Shown: in pieces, positions 13,484 through 30,908 of the stretch
Position numbering within the stretch: position 1 is the first letter of the stretch
How the letters are laid out: every line of letters starts with the position of its first letter
Origin: Eledone cirrhosa
Taxonomy: Eukaryota
DNA: 64,000 nt
Assembly (NCBI GenBank): GCA_964016885.1
Contig: OZ024743.1
Location: 323,516,001 to 323,580,000, forward strand
Reading direction: 5' to 3'
Notes under the pieces: model-generated
What the model was told of the DNA's origin: nothing
What the model saw: only the letters and a program-made list of their open reading frames with translations
Databases searched by the model: none
Translations under genes and position numbers: made by a program

Positions 13484-14484
13484 GATAAATCTACCAAGAG
13501 TTTACAGTAGTGTCCAATCCGTATGAAGAACTCAATGTATTCCGGATATCATGGAAAGAAGAGATGTAATGAAAAATCACTTTCGGTGAAAGATAAACGG
13601 TATACAGAGTCAAGATAAAATATTAAACAAATAATGAATAAAACAATGAAACAGTTCCTTATATTAAACAAAAAAAGTTCATTATTTAACGATCGTTTCT
13701 AGGATATATATGTGTTAGAATTGGCATGCATATTCAACAGATCTATGTACAAAATTATACAAAATTATACAAACTATCAAGATTAAATATACATACCAAC
13801 ACATATATACGCCGTCTTCAGAAATAATGAAATATATTTATTGATAATAACAACAATTCAAAATTTCAGGTCCGTTTGGGAACAAAATTGACCAATGAAA
13901 ATACAAAAGGTTTTATGCAGTTCGGTGTGTGTATATACATGTAACTACCCCGTACACATATTTATACAAAAATGTATGCTCAACATGCATACGCATGCCA
14001 AAAAGATGCATGCAAATACAAAATTTCAAGGTTAATGTCTCTGTAAGTTTATAATGCACAGATAAGATGCGTATAGACACATAAATATGAAATAAGTGTA
14101 TACACATATTCTCATACTCACACATATCCGTACAATCACACACACGCGCGCGTATATGCATAAACATACACATAATTACGAACATACATACACACACACA
14201 CCCCCACACACATATATATATGTGGATATAATATTATCATAAGCACATGGATATTAATTCACTCACATAAACACTGCCACACACATTTAGATCAAGATAC
14301 AGAAATTAGGTGGGAGGGGGGAGAGGTCAGTATTCAACGGTTTGGGCAGACTGCTTATTTATAGATGTATCTATAAACTAAGAAATAAAAAATAAAAAAT
14401 AAAAATTAAAAAGGAAAGAAAAGAAAAAGAAAAAAGAAAAAAGAAATATATCAAGAAAATATATATATATACATATATATACAT

Positions 14485-14533
<49 letters not shown>

Positions 14534-14621
14534 CATATACACACATCTACACTTAGAACATACATACACACACATATATAAACATATACATATACACACA
14601 TACACACATATACACACATAC

Positions 14622-14662
<41 letters not shown>

Positions 14663-14938
14663 TACACATATAATCACACATACATATATAGACACACATA
14701 TATATACACATACACGCACATATACATACACATACATACTTATATACATACAGATATACACATACATACCTATATATACACACAAATACATACAGACATA
14801 CATACATACATACACACAAATACTTACGCATCCATATATCGGTATATACATACAAACACCACTACACTCTCACACAACTCAGACATACAAAGAAAAAGGT
14901 ATATACCTATACACATATACATATACAAATAGAGATAC

Positions 14939-14994
<56 letters not shown>

Positions 14995-15183
14995 ACACAT
15001 ATACACACATATACATACATACACATACATACATGTACACACACATACATATACATACATACACACATACACACATACATATAGTCATACACACACATAC
15101 ACCTACACGAACATACACATACACATATATAAAGATATATATACACACACACACATACACACACACACATATATATAAAATAA

Positions 15184-15244
<61 letters not shown>

Positions 15245-15793
15245 CACATATACATAGACATATATGTACATACATACACATACATACATACATATACACA
15301 CATATATATATATACACACATAGACACATACATACATACACACACAACATACATACACACACATATATACTCATACATAGACATAGATATATATTTATAC
15401 ATACATACGCACTTACATATACTCATATATACAAATACATACGCATCCATATATGCGTATATACATACAAACACCACTACACTCTCTCACAACTCAGACA
15501 TACAAAGAAAAATGTATATACATATACATATATACACACATTAATAGAGATACATATACACATATATATATATATATATATACACATACATTTATATATA
15601 TACACCCACACACACATACAACTATAAACACACATACAAACACACACATACACACATATATACATACATATATATACACACACACAAAAAACACACATAC
15701 ACATATATATTTTTACACATATATTTTCACATAAATATACATATACACACCCTCACATATACACACATACACATAAGTTATATTATAATAATA

Positions 15794-15830
<37 letters not shown>

Positions 15831-15877
15831 CGAATATAGACATACATACACACATAGATATACATATATATATACAT

Positions 15878-15908
<31 letters not shown>

Positions 15909-16073
15909 TATATATGTGCGCACACGTACATATATACACATACACACATATACACATAAACACATACATGTGCATACATGCACATACACACATATACCCA
16001 CATAGATACGAAGATAGACATATATATAGAGAGACATACATATATATACACACATATATATATATACATACAT

Positions 16074-16124
<51 letters not shown>

Positions 16125-16927
16125 TACACGCCCACACACATATACACATATACACATATACATATATATATATACACACACACATATATATATACACATG
16201 CATATATACACATATATATATATATACACACATATATATACACACAATCTTACATTCTTATTTGCATGCGCATATATGTATTTTTATATTCAGATATAAA
16301 TACCCAAACATATATACACCTACCTACATATATATTCATACATACACGCCTACAAACACAGATGATAATAGTATGGGGGAAAAAGGGGGGGGGTTGGAGA
16401 AGGGGATTATAGTAAATATATGTTTCAAGAAACATAGAATATTATCTGTATCTGGATCCAATGTATGTTTTTACATAGTTTCAGTGTTAGGAAATACAAG
16501 AAATAAGGCAAAATTTATGCATCTCAAAATAAGTATACCATTAATTATATGTTAACTAAACTAAAGATAGTTAACATATTGATTTCTAAGGTGTAAATTA
16601 GTTAGGTTTATAATATTTGAAGCAGAATTTTGAAGTTAAATAGTAGTAGAGTATTAATTATAGTATAACTAAATTAAAGTTATTAACGTTATGGTATCAA
16701 TATTAGGAAATGAATTTAGTAATAGGGAAAAACAAATAAAGTATTACATCGGTAGTAGAATATAAATTATAGGTTAACTAAATTAAAAATTATATATTAA
16801 TTTCTATAGTATATGTTAATTAGGTATATAATAAATAAAACAGATATTGTATTTTATCAATAGCAGAATATAATTATATGCAAATAGAAATCAAAATTAA
16901 TACATATACATATACATATACATACAC

Positions 16928-16984
<57 letters not shown>

Positions 16985-17638
16985 TACACATACATATACA
17001 TACATACATATATATATTTTTTCAAAAATTGCAAAGAATATATTAACTAGGTATACATCCAAAACACATCCCATTCTATGATTACATGACACTCTGCAAT
17101 CCGTCTGTATAAGGATACTAATTTTAAGCCAATTAAATTAAATTTTTAGGTTGACTAAATTTAAAACCAAATTATAAATATATTTCTAAAATGTATATTA
17201 ATTAGGTCTATAATACTAAAAATTATTTCTCTGTCATTGGATACACGATATTTTGTTATATTTTATCTGTAAAGGAATTTTAATAAAAGGTTTAAATAAA
17301 TTAAAATTACGGGGTAGTTACATGTATATACACACACCGAACTGCATAAAACCTTTTGTATTTTCATTGGTCAATTTTGTTCCCAAACGGACCTGAAATT
17401 TTGAATTGTTGTTATTATCAATAAATATATTTCATTATTTCTGAAGACGACGTATATATGTGTTGGTATGTATATTTAATCTTGATAGTTTGTATAATTT
17501 TGTATAATTTTGTACATAGATCTGTTGAATATGCATGCCAATTCTAACACATATATATCCTAGAAACGATCGTTAAATAATGAACTTTTTTTGTTTAATA
17601 TAAGGAACTGTTTCATTGTTTTATTCATTATTTGTTTA

Positions 17639-17647
<9 letters not shown>
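13480..17647 (-). mobile_element. Non-coding PLE-derived insertion (family D) bounded by 340-bp inverted pLTRs, microsatellite-rich interior
   Basis: 13615-13954 is the reverse complement of 17308-17647 (one mismatch seen). The pLTR is homologous to 22922-23190 of the coding PLE at 22922-25732. Confidence 0.8.
17431..17584 (+). ncRNA. HHR-like motif with a 115-nt stem II insert
   Basis: Perfect 10-bp stem I ttcattattt/aaataatgaa; CTGAAGA 17441-17447; GAAAC-GATC-GTT 17563-17574. Minus-strand copies at ~13680-13830 and ~22975-23118. Confidence 0.65.
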
Positions 17648-17677
<30 letters not shown>

Positions 17678-17954
17678 TATACTAGCAGCCATACCCGGCG
17701 TTGCCCGAGTGTAAGTCTACCATTAGTAAATAATTTTTTTAAAGAGAAAACAACGTAGTACGAATCCTCCCAAAACATTTATTTTTAACCATAAGGAGTA
17801 TCTGTTGTTCGATGTAAAAACGGTAAAATGTTATGGCATATGAAAGGTGAATGAGTGTAAAAGTGTGACGTTGACGCGGTGAAGCTCCAAACGCGAACTA
17901 TGCTACAAGGAAGTCAGCAGCCCAAAAGTGAGTCACATGGAATTTATGACAATA

Positions 17955-18138
17955 ATTGTTTTTACTTTAGGCACAAGGCCAGCAATTACCCAGTGCGTTA
18001 CTGGTAATTTATTTTATCGACCCCGTAAGGATGAAAGGCAAAGTCAACCTCGGCGGGATTTGAACTCAGATCGTAAAGGGACGTAACTATGCTGGAAAGC
18101 ATGGCGTCCGACCCTCTTCCGATACTGCCAATCCACCA
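17955..18138 (-). mobile_element. tRNA-derived SINE (family 1) inside the Helitron
   Basis: Close reverse complement of 23379-23567. Confidence 0.85.
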
Positions 18139-19056
18139 TGTTTGGCAATTCAGGGACTGAAGTCGTTGCGGCATGACGGAGATAATGTATAACGACTTTG
18201 AGTGAAAGGTACAAATGAGGGGGGTGCCATACGTTTGCTACAGTAGAAACATGTACATTTTTCGTTATGCATTGCGTATATGAAGGCATACTAATGATTT
18301 ATGTAGCTTGAAATGCTTACCATTCTGTATAGTTGTGGCTGCCAATAAAAACTATTCCTTAGACTGATTGCAGTGACATAGACCAAACATGAAGGACGCT
18401 CAAAATTCCTCAACACAAATTCTGCACCAACCTCGATTGCAAAAGTAACAGAGAATAACGAATAGCGATTATTACGCCAAAAGAAAAATGCTGAAGCAAT
18501 TTCTATTGCACGAGATGCAGAAAACGAAACACAACGTTCGATGCGACAGCAAATAAATGTTGAGACAACTGCTGCTTGAGGTGCAGAAAACGATTCTCAA
18601 CCTTCACTGCGACAGAAAGCAAATATTGAGGCAACGTCTATTGCAGGAGATGCAGAGAACGAACCACAGCGTTCATTACGGCGGCATAGAAATGCTGAGG
18701 CAACTTCCGCAGCTCGAGCTGCATCAACCGAAACAAAGCGTCAACTGCGGCAGCAAAGAAATGGGAGTCAACTTCCGCCTCTCGAGTTGCATCAACCGAA
18801 ACAAAGCGTCAACTGCGGCAGCAAAGACATGTGAATCAACGTCTGCTGCACGCGCTGGCGAATCCATGGAAAACTGGCTCAACCAACCAGAGGGGAACGT
18901 GCATTTCAATACCGTGCAGCTCAAAGTGGCCACAACGTTTACAGTCGAAAAGTATGGTGTTATGAATTTCAAAAAGGCAGTATGTCTACAATTTGGTAAT
19001 TATTGAAAGCAGCGAGGTATTTGATTGTTAGAAGACGGTTTGTGTCCCAGTGTTGA

Positions 19057-22000
19057 TTACAGAACTTCTTGGTACACAATGTTTTTGGTTTTACCGTTTG
19101 GAGCAAATGCATAAAGGTTTCTTTTGCTTCTCACTCTGGAACATCCAACGTATAGCTGACTGTGCGAAAAGCATGGCTCTTCTAGGTTTATTCCCGCGAC
19201 GGACAATGTTTGCCCCTGAGATTTATTTATCGTCCATAGCGAAACTACAACGAACTGGAAACTGGAGCCTCCTAAATGAAAAGGGGATCTCTGATGTTGA
19301 CGGACAAAGGGGAATCCTTGAGATAAAAACGTTTTCCCCCTTTCCACACCCCGAGAGAATCGTCGCCTCGATCAAGTTTTGCGTTAGTTTATTTACTGTA
19401 AGGCGGGTGCCGTTGCAGAGTTTTGGTGGATGTAGATTCCTCAAAAGCATATTAGGGCATCCTTGCTTAAGTTCCAATCGATGAGATGGCAACCCGGAGG
19501 GGTTCAATGAGTTAAGAAACTCAATTGGGTAGTTAATGGGGTCTGTGACTGTATCGATGGACTTGTATGTAGACGAAGCTGTAGGAAGAGACTTAAGCAG
19601 TTGTCCGTTGATTTTGTCGACAGTCTCATTTTTCGGAGTCAGTATTGCCCTTTCGCACAGCCAGTTTGGATTTAGGTAGTTAGTGCTCAACTCAGGGAAT
19701 TCTGCATCTGTCAAGTCGTCAGCACTGTCGACTAAAGTGCAGACCGGTTCGAGGGAGATTTTTTCATCTTCATCAAGTGGCACTTTGCCGTTCCCAAGTG
19801 TCAATAGGTTGGTAGCAAAATCTGATGACACTTGGTCACCAAGCATCCGAGCTCTCATGTTCGTAGAGAGCGTTAATGTTGTGACATAACGCCAAAGCGG
19901 AGATGACTTTAAGCATGCTCGAATAGCATCAGCCCTTGTTCCTTTGGGAATAACAGGGAGGGTTTGTCTAAAATCTCCGGATAAAAGGACAGTCACGCCT
20001 CCCATGGAATCCTGGGAGTCTCTTATGTCTCTTAAAGTCCGGTCCAGTGCCTCCAAAGCTCCTTTATGAGCCATGATACATTCGTCTCAAACCATAAGTT
20101 CACACCTTTTAAGCAGTTCTGCTTTTTCTGATCCTTTGGTAATATTACAGCAGGGTGTGTCGTTTGCTGTCATATTGCGGGGGAGTTTGAAGGCTGAATG
20201 TGCTGTCCTGCCCCCAGGAAGCAAGGTTGCTGCAATACCGGAAGACGCAACAGAAAGTGATATGGGTCTGTGTTGTCGAATCTTGGCAAGGAGAAGCCGT
20301 ATGACAAAAGTCTTCCCTGTGTTTCCAGGGGCGTCTAAGAAAAAGATTCCTCCCGTACGACGGTGGACACAGTCAGCAATAGTGTTATATGCTCGTTCCT
20401 GTTCCTGCAGCAGCATTGGTTCATGTTCAGTGACATATGTAGCCAAGCTGTCAGTGTCGTAGGATAGTTCCCGAAGTATTTCTGCAAAAATGACGTCGGA
20501 GCCTATTCTGTTGGTTTGGGGCAGGCCATATGTCTGCAGTGCATTCCCACCTATTGCAGCAATCATATTGTCAATTTCAATAAGTGCTTTGTTGTAGATT
20601 TCATCTGTGAAGCCTACTTCCATGTCAGGAAGTTGTAATTGTGCTTGATGTCTGAAGTCCTCAGAGAGGTCATCTCTGTACTTGAGCCACAAGAAGGAAG
20701 GATCGGGCAATTCACCAATGTACAGTAAGACAGCAAAAAGCTTCCTAAGGCTGTGTGGCATTTGTGAAACAACTGCTTCTGCCAAAGTGGCATCCCACTG
20801 AGCACCATCATCCAGTAGTTCACGCCTGAAGCAGGCCTCTCTGTACGTGTCGCAAATTTGGCCATCAACAGTTCTTAGGTGTTGAAAACTGGTTGGTCCT
20901 CTTACGTCACGGAGAAGCATATGCAGGTAGTAACATTCTTGGTAAATGGGGGGCACTGTGTAAACTCGCGCCAGGCAGCTGTCAAAGTTAAAATCTGGAT
21001 TACCATCAACGCTTTCACCTTTGATTCTTGGCTTCCATGAATACTTTTCCCATTTGTAGAAAGAGGGGACTTGAGGATACAGCAAAGTGCGAGCGAATGC
21101 GTCGCCTTGACATAGTTGAAAGAATGCAGTAAGAGTTGTGTTCCTTGGTTGCAGAGCCCTCAGAAAAGCTGTTTGTTTTGTATAGTACACTCTTTGGTCG
21201 TTTTCCAGGTGCACAGCAAGATATTGGACGGCAGGGTATCTTCTGAGCATTGAGAAACGGTAAATTCGCCAAAAGGCCTCGCTGGTACTTATATATCGTG
21301 CTGATTGGTACTGTGCAACTTCATCCCGTTTGTTTTCTTCTTTAAGCCCGAACATGGCGGCATCCGGGACCTTATTTATATACTTGCAGACATATTTGAT
21401 TGATTTAATAGAGTTGCACCATTCAACATTTATGTGGGAGTTGAACGCCTTGAGTAGTAATGGGCAGTACGGTACAATCCATCGGTTGTCAATTTCATGT
21501 TTTCCAACCAGTGTTGTTAATCCTCCGTCCTCAGGGCTTCTTCGTCTGTATGATGGGTATCCGTCATCAGCAGTTTGAGTTTCGCGAAGGAAGGCTTTTG
21601 GGTATTTTTTGGAGCAAATACCGTTGTTCAAACACGGGGAGTTAGATTTGAAGCCACGTCCACAAGGACCGTGAACCATGCGCGCCGTAACCCTGTCAAA
21701 TGGGGTTTTGTCAGTTTGCGGGTTTGGAAGCTCTGCGGATATAATCTTGTCGATGTCGTCTGCTCTGATTTTTGTCGACAATCAAATAAGAATGTGAGCA
21801 AGGGGGAGTCCCCGCTTCTCCCATTCAATTGTGTACATGTAACGTTGCACACGTCCAAATACCTGGCCATTTGTGATAAGGTCCATTAGTTTGTATACTT
21901 TTAGCTCGAAGACTCTGGATGAGAGGTCATGGCGACTCCTGGAAGGAGTTCATGGGCAATTTCTTGCCACGAAGGATTGCATGTAAAAGTAATAAATAGG

Positions 22001-22250
22001 TCTGGTTTGCCGTACTCGCGCACATACGTCATCGCGTCCTGGGTTCTTGAATGCACACAACGGGGACTTCCTTCGAAGGTTGAAGGTAAAATGAAAACTT
22101 TTCCAATGTTATCTGGGTTTTCATTATTGTTCATTCCATCACGTAGGTGAATGTAATCGTCGCAGCGTAGTTTTGTCTGGTTTAATCTTATGAAGCACAG
22201 TCAATCAATCTCCATTTTCGCGGCCATGTCCACAGCAAAGTCGTTGAATA
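19057..22250 (-). pseudogene. Helitron RepHel coding region, frameshifted, N-terminus missing
   Basis: ORFs 21901-22134, 20087-21781, 19223-20074 and 19057-19347 are consecutive pieces of one protein. Confidence 0.9.
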
Positions 22251-22452
22251 GTTGTTGTGAACGATCACACACACACACTCACGCACGCAAACGCTCAAAC
22301 TCACGCACGCACGTGTGCACGTACACATACATGTTAATAGATTTAACTCTTACTGGAACGCTGCACGAACACACACACACACACGGACACATGTTAATTA
22401 GTTATAGCTTTCCTTCCGCTCTTCCACTGTCATGTATCAAACACAGCGTCTG

Positions 22453-22501
<49 letters not shown>

Positions 22502-22844
22502 ATCCCCCTCTTTTAGTCTGTCTGTTTCTTTCACTCTCACTCTTTCTTTTTCATTTCTATAGATATAGAGATTTTTTCTGTGCAAAGTCGCACCTATAGT
22601 CAGTTTTATCGATTTTTTACCTGGGGAAAGATGGAGTTGATCATTCGGAATGTCGTGCCGACCTGCCCTGATAAATTTGTGGTTGATTACAAAAATAATT
22701 TTGAAAATCGGCCTTGCGGATCAAAAGTTGCTGCGGAACAGACACACACACAGACAGACATTTTCATTTTTATTGATATCGATATTTATGATTTTATATG
22801 TATGTGTGTGTATATAGGTGTTAACTCTGTGTATATATAGATGT

Positions 22845-25919
<3,075 letters not shown>

Positions 25920-25964
25920 CATATATATACATATATATATATATATGTATACATATATATATAC

Positions 25965-26129
<165 letters not shown>

Positions 26130-26130
26130 C

Positions 26131-26207
<77 letters not shown>

Positions 26208-26261
26208 TATATATATGTATATATATATGTATACATATATATATATATATGTATATATATG

Positions 26262-26310
<49 letters not shown>

Positions 26311-26313
<3 letters not shown>

Positions 26314-26658
26314 AAGAAAAAGAGATGAAATCGAAAATGCAACTGAAGTCTTATTTTTTTAAAAAATATATATATTTATTTGGTTCCTTTACCGGTTTCG
26401 CAGTTCTTCTGCTTTTCAAAAGGTGAGTTGAGATGGAGGGTCTGTGGTTTTTTGAGATGTGAGAAAAACCACAGACCCTCCATCTCAACTCACCTTTTGA
26501 AAAGCAGAAGAACTGCGAAACCGGTAAAGGAACCAAATAAATATATATATTTAAAAAAAAAATAAGACTTCAGTTGCATTTTTTCATCTCTTTTTCTTTA
26601 TACTTCCACTCGTGTAGGACACCTCGGTTATTTTTCATTTTGTAAAAAAAAACCTCAC

Positions 26659-26663
<5 letters not shown>
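26311..26663 (+). mobile_element. Fold-back cassette (family E) with U3-A8 HHR
   Basis: Arms ~26311-26452 / ~26463-26602 plus tail. cctt TTGAAAA(26497) gcag-aagaa-ctgc GAAA CCGG TA aagg. Confidence 0.8.
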
Positions 26664-26743
<80 letters not shown>

Positions 26744-26744
26744 C

Positions 26745-26823
<79 letters not shown>

Positions 26824-26864
26824 TATATATATTCATACATATATATATACATATATATGTATAT

Positions 26865-26899
<35 letters not shown>

Positions 26900-26900
<1 letters not shown>

Positions 26901-27325
26901 GCTACTGTACGTCTGTATACATATATGTATGTACGTATACATACATACTTACATTTAAGTAAGTGCCGTACTAAGAGTGAGAAATGAAATTTCGTTTCAT
27001 TCTATTCCATTTATCGTTTTCGGTGCGCCTGGCCGACTGAACTCACTCGATATGCAAATTAGGCTGCTCAGCCGTTAATTTTCATAAGGAAAGAATATAC
27101 TTTCGAACGTTCAACCATCTGGCAGAAGGGTATACGGTGCTGACGATAGCTAACAAGCTTGAAACTAGTACATCGTTCCTGTGTCAGTGTTGAACAAAAA
27201 GGTGACGTGGTTGCCTTAACACCGTACGGCATAAATCAGGCTGTCCCTTTGTTTACAAACGAACAAAGCGAACATTATAATAAATGTTCGCTAAACTGAT
27301 ACGTACATATATATATGTGTGCCTG

Positions 27326-27386
<61 letters not shown>

Positions 27387-27440
27387 GCTACTGTACGTCT
27401 GTATACATATATGTATGTACGTATACATACATACTTACAT
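26900..27440 (+). mobile_element. ~1.1 units of HHR-containing repeat (family F), diverged copy
   Basis: acggtg CTGACGA(27140) tagct-aaca-agctt GAAA CTAG TA catcgt. Homologous to 55663-56534. Confidence 0.75.
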
Positions 27441-27464
27441 ATATATATATATATATATACATAC

Positions 27465-27556
<92 letters not shown>

Positions 27557-27584
27557 TCATACATATATATATATATATATATAT

Positions 27585-30500
27585 ATACGGTATATATGCG
27601 TTCCTGAAACCCTTACCGTATATCGAATTACCGTATAAAGAACCTAGTATACCATGAAATAGATAGGGATGCGTTCCAGCACATTGAAAAAGTCATCCCT
27701 ACAGAAAAGAAATAATGTTTTTTTTTATTTACTGTACCTTACACATGTCACGTAGTCCATCAGATGATGTGCTTCTTCATTTGTCCCTCCCGAGTATAAA
27801 GGGACAGTATGGGTTTCAGTCCTTACTCATCTTGGGCTGAGTTGGCAGGGGAGGATGAGGGTGATGTGGGAGGCTCAAAACCAACAAACTCGTTAACTGC
27901 AGTGGATGTTGAAGGGCCAGCTGTAGCACGGTTGGCATAAGTGACTGGCTTGAAGAAAGAGTAGATGGAGGACTGTTTGGCGGTGTTTCTTTTGGCTTCA
28001 TACATTTCTTGGTAAATCTTGACGCTTTTCTCGACGTCTTGAGCCACTTTGCTGCACCTAGCAGCGTTGGGGTCACGCTCCTTCAGGGTTTCTAAGATTG
28101 TTTCGATACTCCCGAGACATTCTCTTAGAGTTTTTATGTCCAAGCCACGCACAGGTTCTTCTTCCTCCTCTTCTTCTTTTTCTGTCTCCTGTATCGCCTT
28201 GTCTAGTTCTATGAATTCATCATTGGAGAGTGGTTCAGCGTGGCATTCCAAAAGGTCTTGCACATCATCATCATTAACACCATCGAAGTCAGCTCTATGG
28301 CAGAGATTTACAATATCTTTTTTTATCGCACCAATGTCCTCAGCAAAGCCTTGGCAGTCATTCACACATGCTGGCCATAATTTTTCTAGGCCAAGTTTAT
28401 GGTAGACTGCTTCACTTCTTCCCAAGATGCCTTAATGTTATCTAAGCCGTGCTTGATGTTGTACAATTTCCATCATTCCCTGATCGTGGGCTTGTCAGGC
28501 CCATCTGTGCCCTTTATCAGCTGCTGCATGGTTCTCCGCTGGTAGTATGCCTTAAATGTTTTGATGACTGTTTGATCCATCGGCTGAATGAGAGCTGTGG
28601 TGTTTGGGGGGAGAAACAAAATCTCAATATTTTCTGACCAGTCTTCCATTGCCCGTGGGTGGCTGGGGGCGTTGTCCACTAATAGCAGAAAACGGTTGGC
28701 AATGTTGTTAGCTAATGCATATTCCTTAAGGGTTGGTGACAGATATGAGGTGAAAAAATTCTCGTGAATTGAAGTGATCAGCCATGCCTTCTTATTAGAC
28801 TTCTGGTAGGTATTGCTTAAGTAACCTCTTGAGTGCTCTTGGAGTTTCAGAATAGTAGATAATGAGTGGCTTTAGCTTTAAATCTCCTTCTGCATTCCCT
28901 CCAAGTAACAGAGTAACGCGGTCCTTTGAGGCTTTGAACCCCTTCGCACTTTTCTCCTCCTTGTCAATATAAGTATTACTGGTCATCTTTTTCCAATAAA
29001 GTCCTGTTTCATCATAATTAATAACCTGTTTTTTTGCTGTACCCCTTCTCTGTAATGCATTTCTCTAACTCTGCCTTGAATTTTTCAGCACTCTCTTTGT
29101 CGGAACTGGCAACCTCACCTGTAACATCTATGTTGTGAAGACTCGAACGTCGTTTGAACTTATCAAATCAACCTTTGCTTGCCTTGAATATAAAGTCCTC
29201 CACCCCCATTTCAGTCTTGAGCCTGTCAATAATGGACAATGCTTTCTCACTGATTACATTTAAAGACAGAGGCATATTTTGACGATTTTTGGTCGTCGAT
29301 CCACATTTTGAGCAACCTTTCCATCCTATCCATAATCGGCTCACGATGTTTGGTCAACAATTTACTCTGTAGACTCGTAGCATTCTCCCCAGCTTTTTTG
29401 ACAGCCTCACTATTTTTTTAAAACTGTCCAGACTGTAGACTGGGCTAGGCCTAAGTTACGACTTATGGCGGACGTACCTTGACCCTGTTCCTTCCTTTTC
29501 AAAATGTCCAGCTTTATCTCCAAAGTCAGGCTCTTCCTCATGCGTTTGGCCTTTCCATCTGCATCAGCAATATTCGCAGGACGTTTTGGGGCCATGAGAT
29601 ATGGGGTTATAAGATACTAGCATTAAAGCCCGGCGTTGCTCGGGGTCATTAAGTTACCAAAGTTAGGTTGCACCACCCATTTTATGGCAGCACTTTTTTG
29701 TCTGCCAGGCACTGGGTGAATGAATTGCAGACCCGGAAGCATGAGCTGCGCCAGCAGTGACAATTGTAGTTTCGCCTATGGATATTATCTCTGTGCAAAA
29801 AAGTGTTGAAATTTATTGTTTCACAGTACTTGCGCAACACGCGCGTAGACGATGCCAGCCGAACAACAGAGCTGCGATGGAGTTGTTCTGCATGGTTGTC
29901 TGTGTGTTTTCTAAATTTAAGACAGTAGGGAGGGTTGTGATATGAGGGAGAGTTAGCTGTTGTTTCTAGCAGGTTTAGTGACCTCATAGAGGATATGTGT
30001 TTTCTAAATTTAAGACAGTAGGGAGTGTTGTGATATGGGGGAGAGTTAGCTGCTGTTTCTAGCAGGTTTAGTGACCTCATAGAAGATATGTTTTCTAAAT
30101 TTAATACAGTAGGGAGGGGTGTGATATGGGGGAGAGTTAGCTGCTGTTTCTAGCAGGTTTAGTAACCTCATAGAGGATATGTGTTTTCTAAATTTAAGAC
30201 AGTAGGGAGTGGTGTGAACGGACAGTATCACCATCAAGCTTGGAAAGAGAAAGTAGCAGAAAGTATGAAGTTGTATAGATTTTGAATGGTAGTAGAAAGA
30301 GTTCAGCAGTTTAAATGAGAGAGAAAAATCGTAAAATATTGAGTTTTATCTATTTTTTGCGTAATTGTGGGTGAAATCGAAAAAATTATCTGCGTCAAGA
30401 CGCAATCGAAACTATTTCGAATACTGAAATGTAAATTTCAATTGAAGAAATTCTATATCGTAGATTTCTATAACGAAGGAGCATGACCACACACTGAGCT

Positions 30501-30908
30501 TTATAGATTATGATGCCGTGATAATTATGCTCCAAAAACACGCCGTCGGGTTTTCTCTTACTTTGAATGACGTCATAACTCTTAACTGATCACTTCAGTT
30601 CGGCAAAAATTCTCTCACTGCGAGGAGACGCTAGTTTGCCGAACTGAAGTGATCCGTAAAGAGTTATGACGTCATCGACCGATATCTGAACTTGCTCGTG
30701 ATTGGCCAGTTTCTCGGTAAGGTCAGTTAGTACGATAGCAGTAGTAACACAATTTTCCTAGAATTCGGATAGCAGTCAGTTTCTACGAATTCAAGGGGGA
30801 ATTTATTGCTTACTACAGGTGGCGCTACGGTACAATATAAACAAAACACGACCCAAAACCGTATCTGTGAATTTACCGGATAAAGAACTACCGTATATCG
30901 AGGACCCA

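Larger units (their letters stand above)
17682..22782 (-). mobile_element. Helitron with degraded Rep/PIF1 helicase
   Basis: A|TC 5' end at 22782; 3' hairpin actcgggcaacgccgggt + CTAG|T at 17682. Motifs PDLFITFTCNP, IEWEKRGLPLAHILI, KYVCKYINK, DAPGNTGKT, GDFRQTLPV, LCNGTRL, TINKSQGQTL. Confidence 0.93.

Noticed and set aside
26351-26565. Near-identical 61-aa ORFs on both strands (also 61881-62098)
   Set aside because: A by-product of the palindrome; no real start codon or recognisable domain.
30566-30675. ~40-bp imperfect inverted repeat
   Set aside because: Lies in the subterminal region of the Tigger element, where internal palindromes are common; no ribozyme core.
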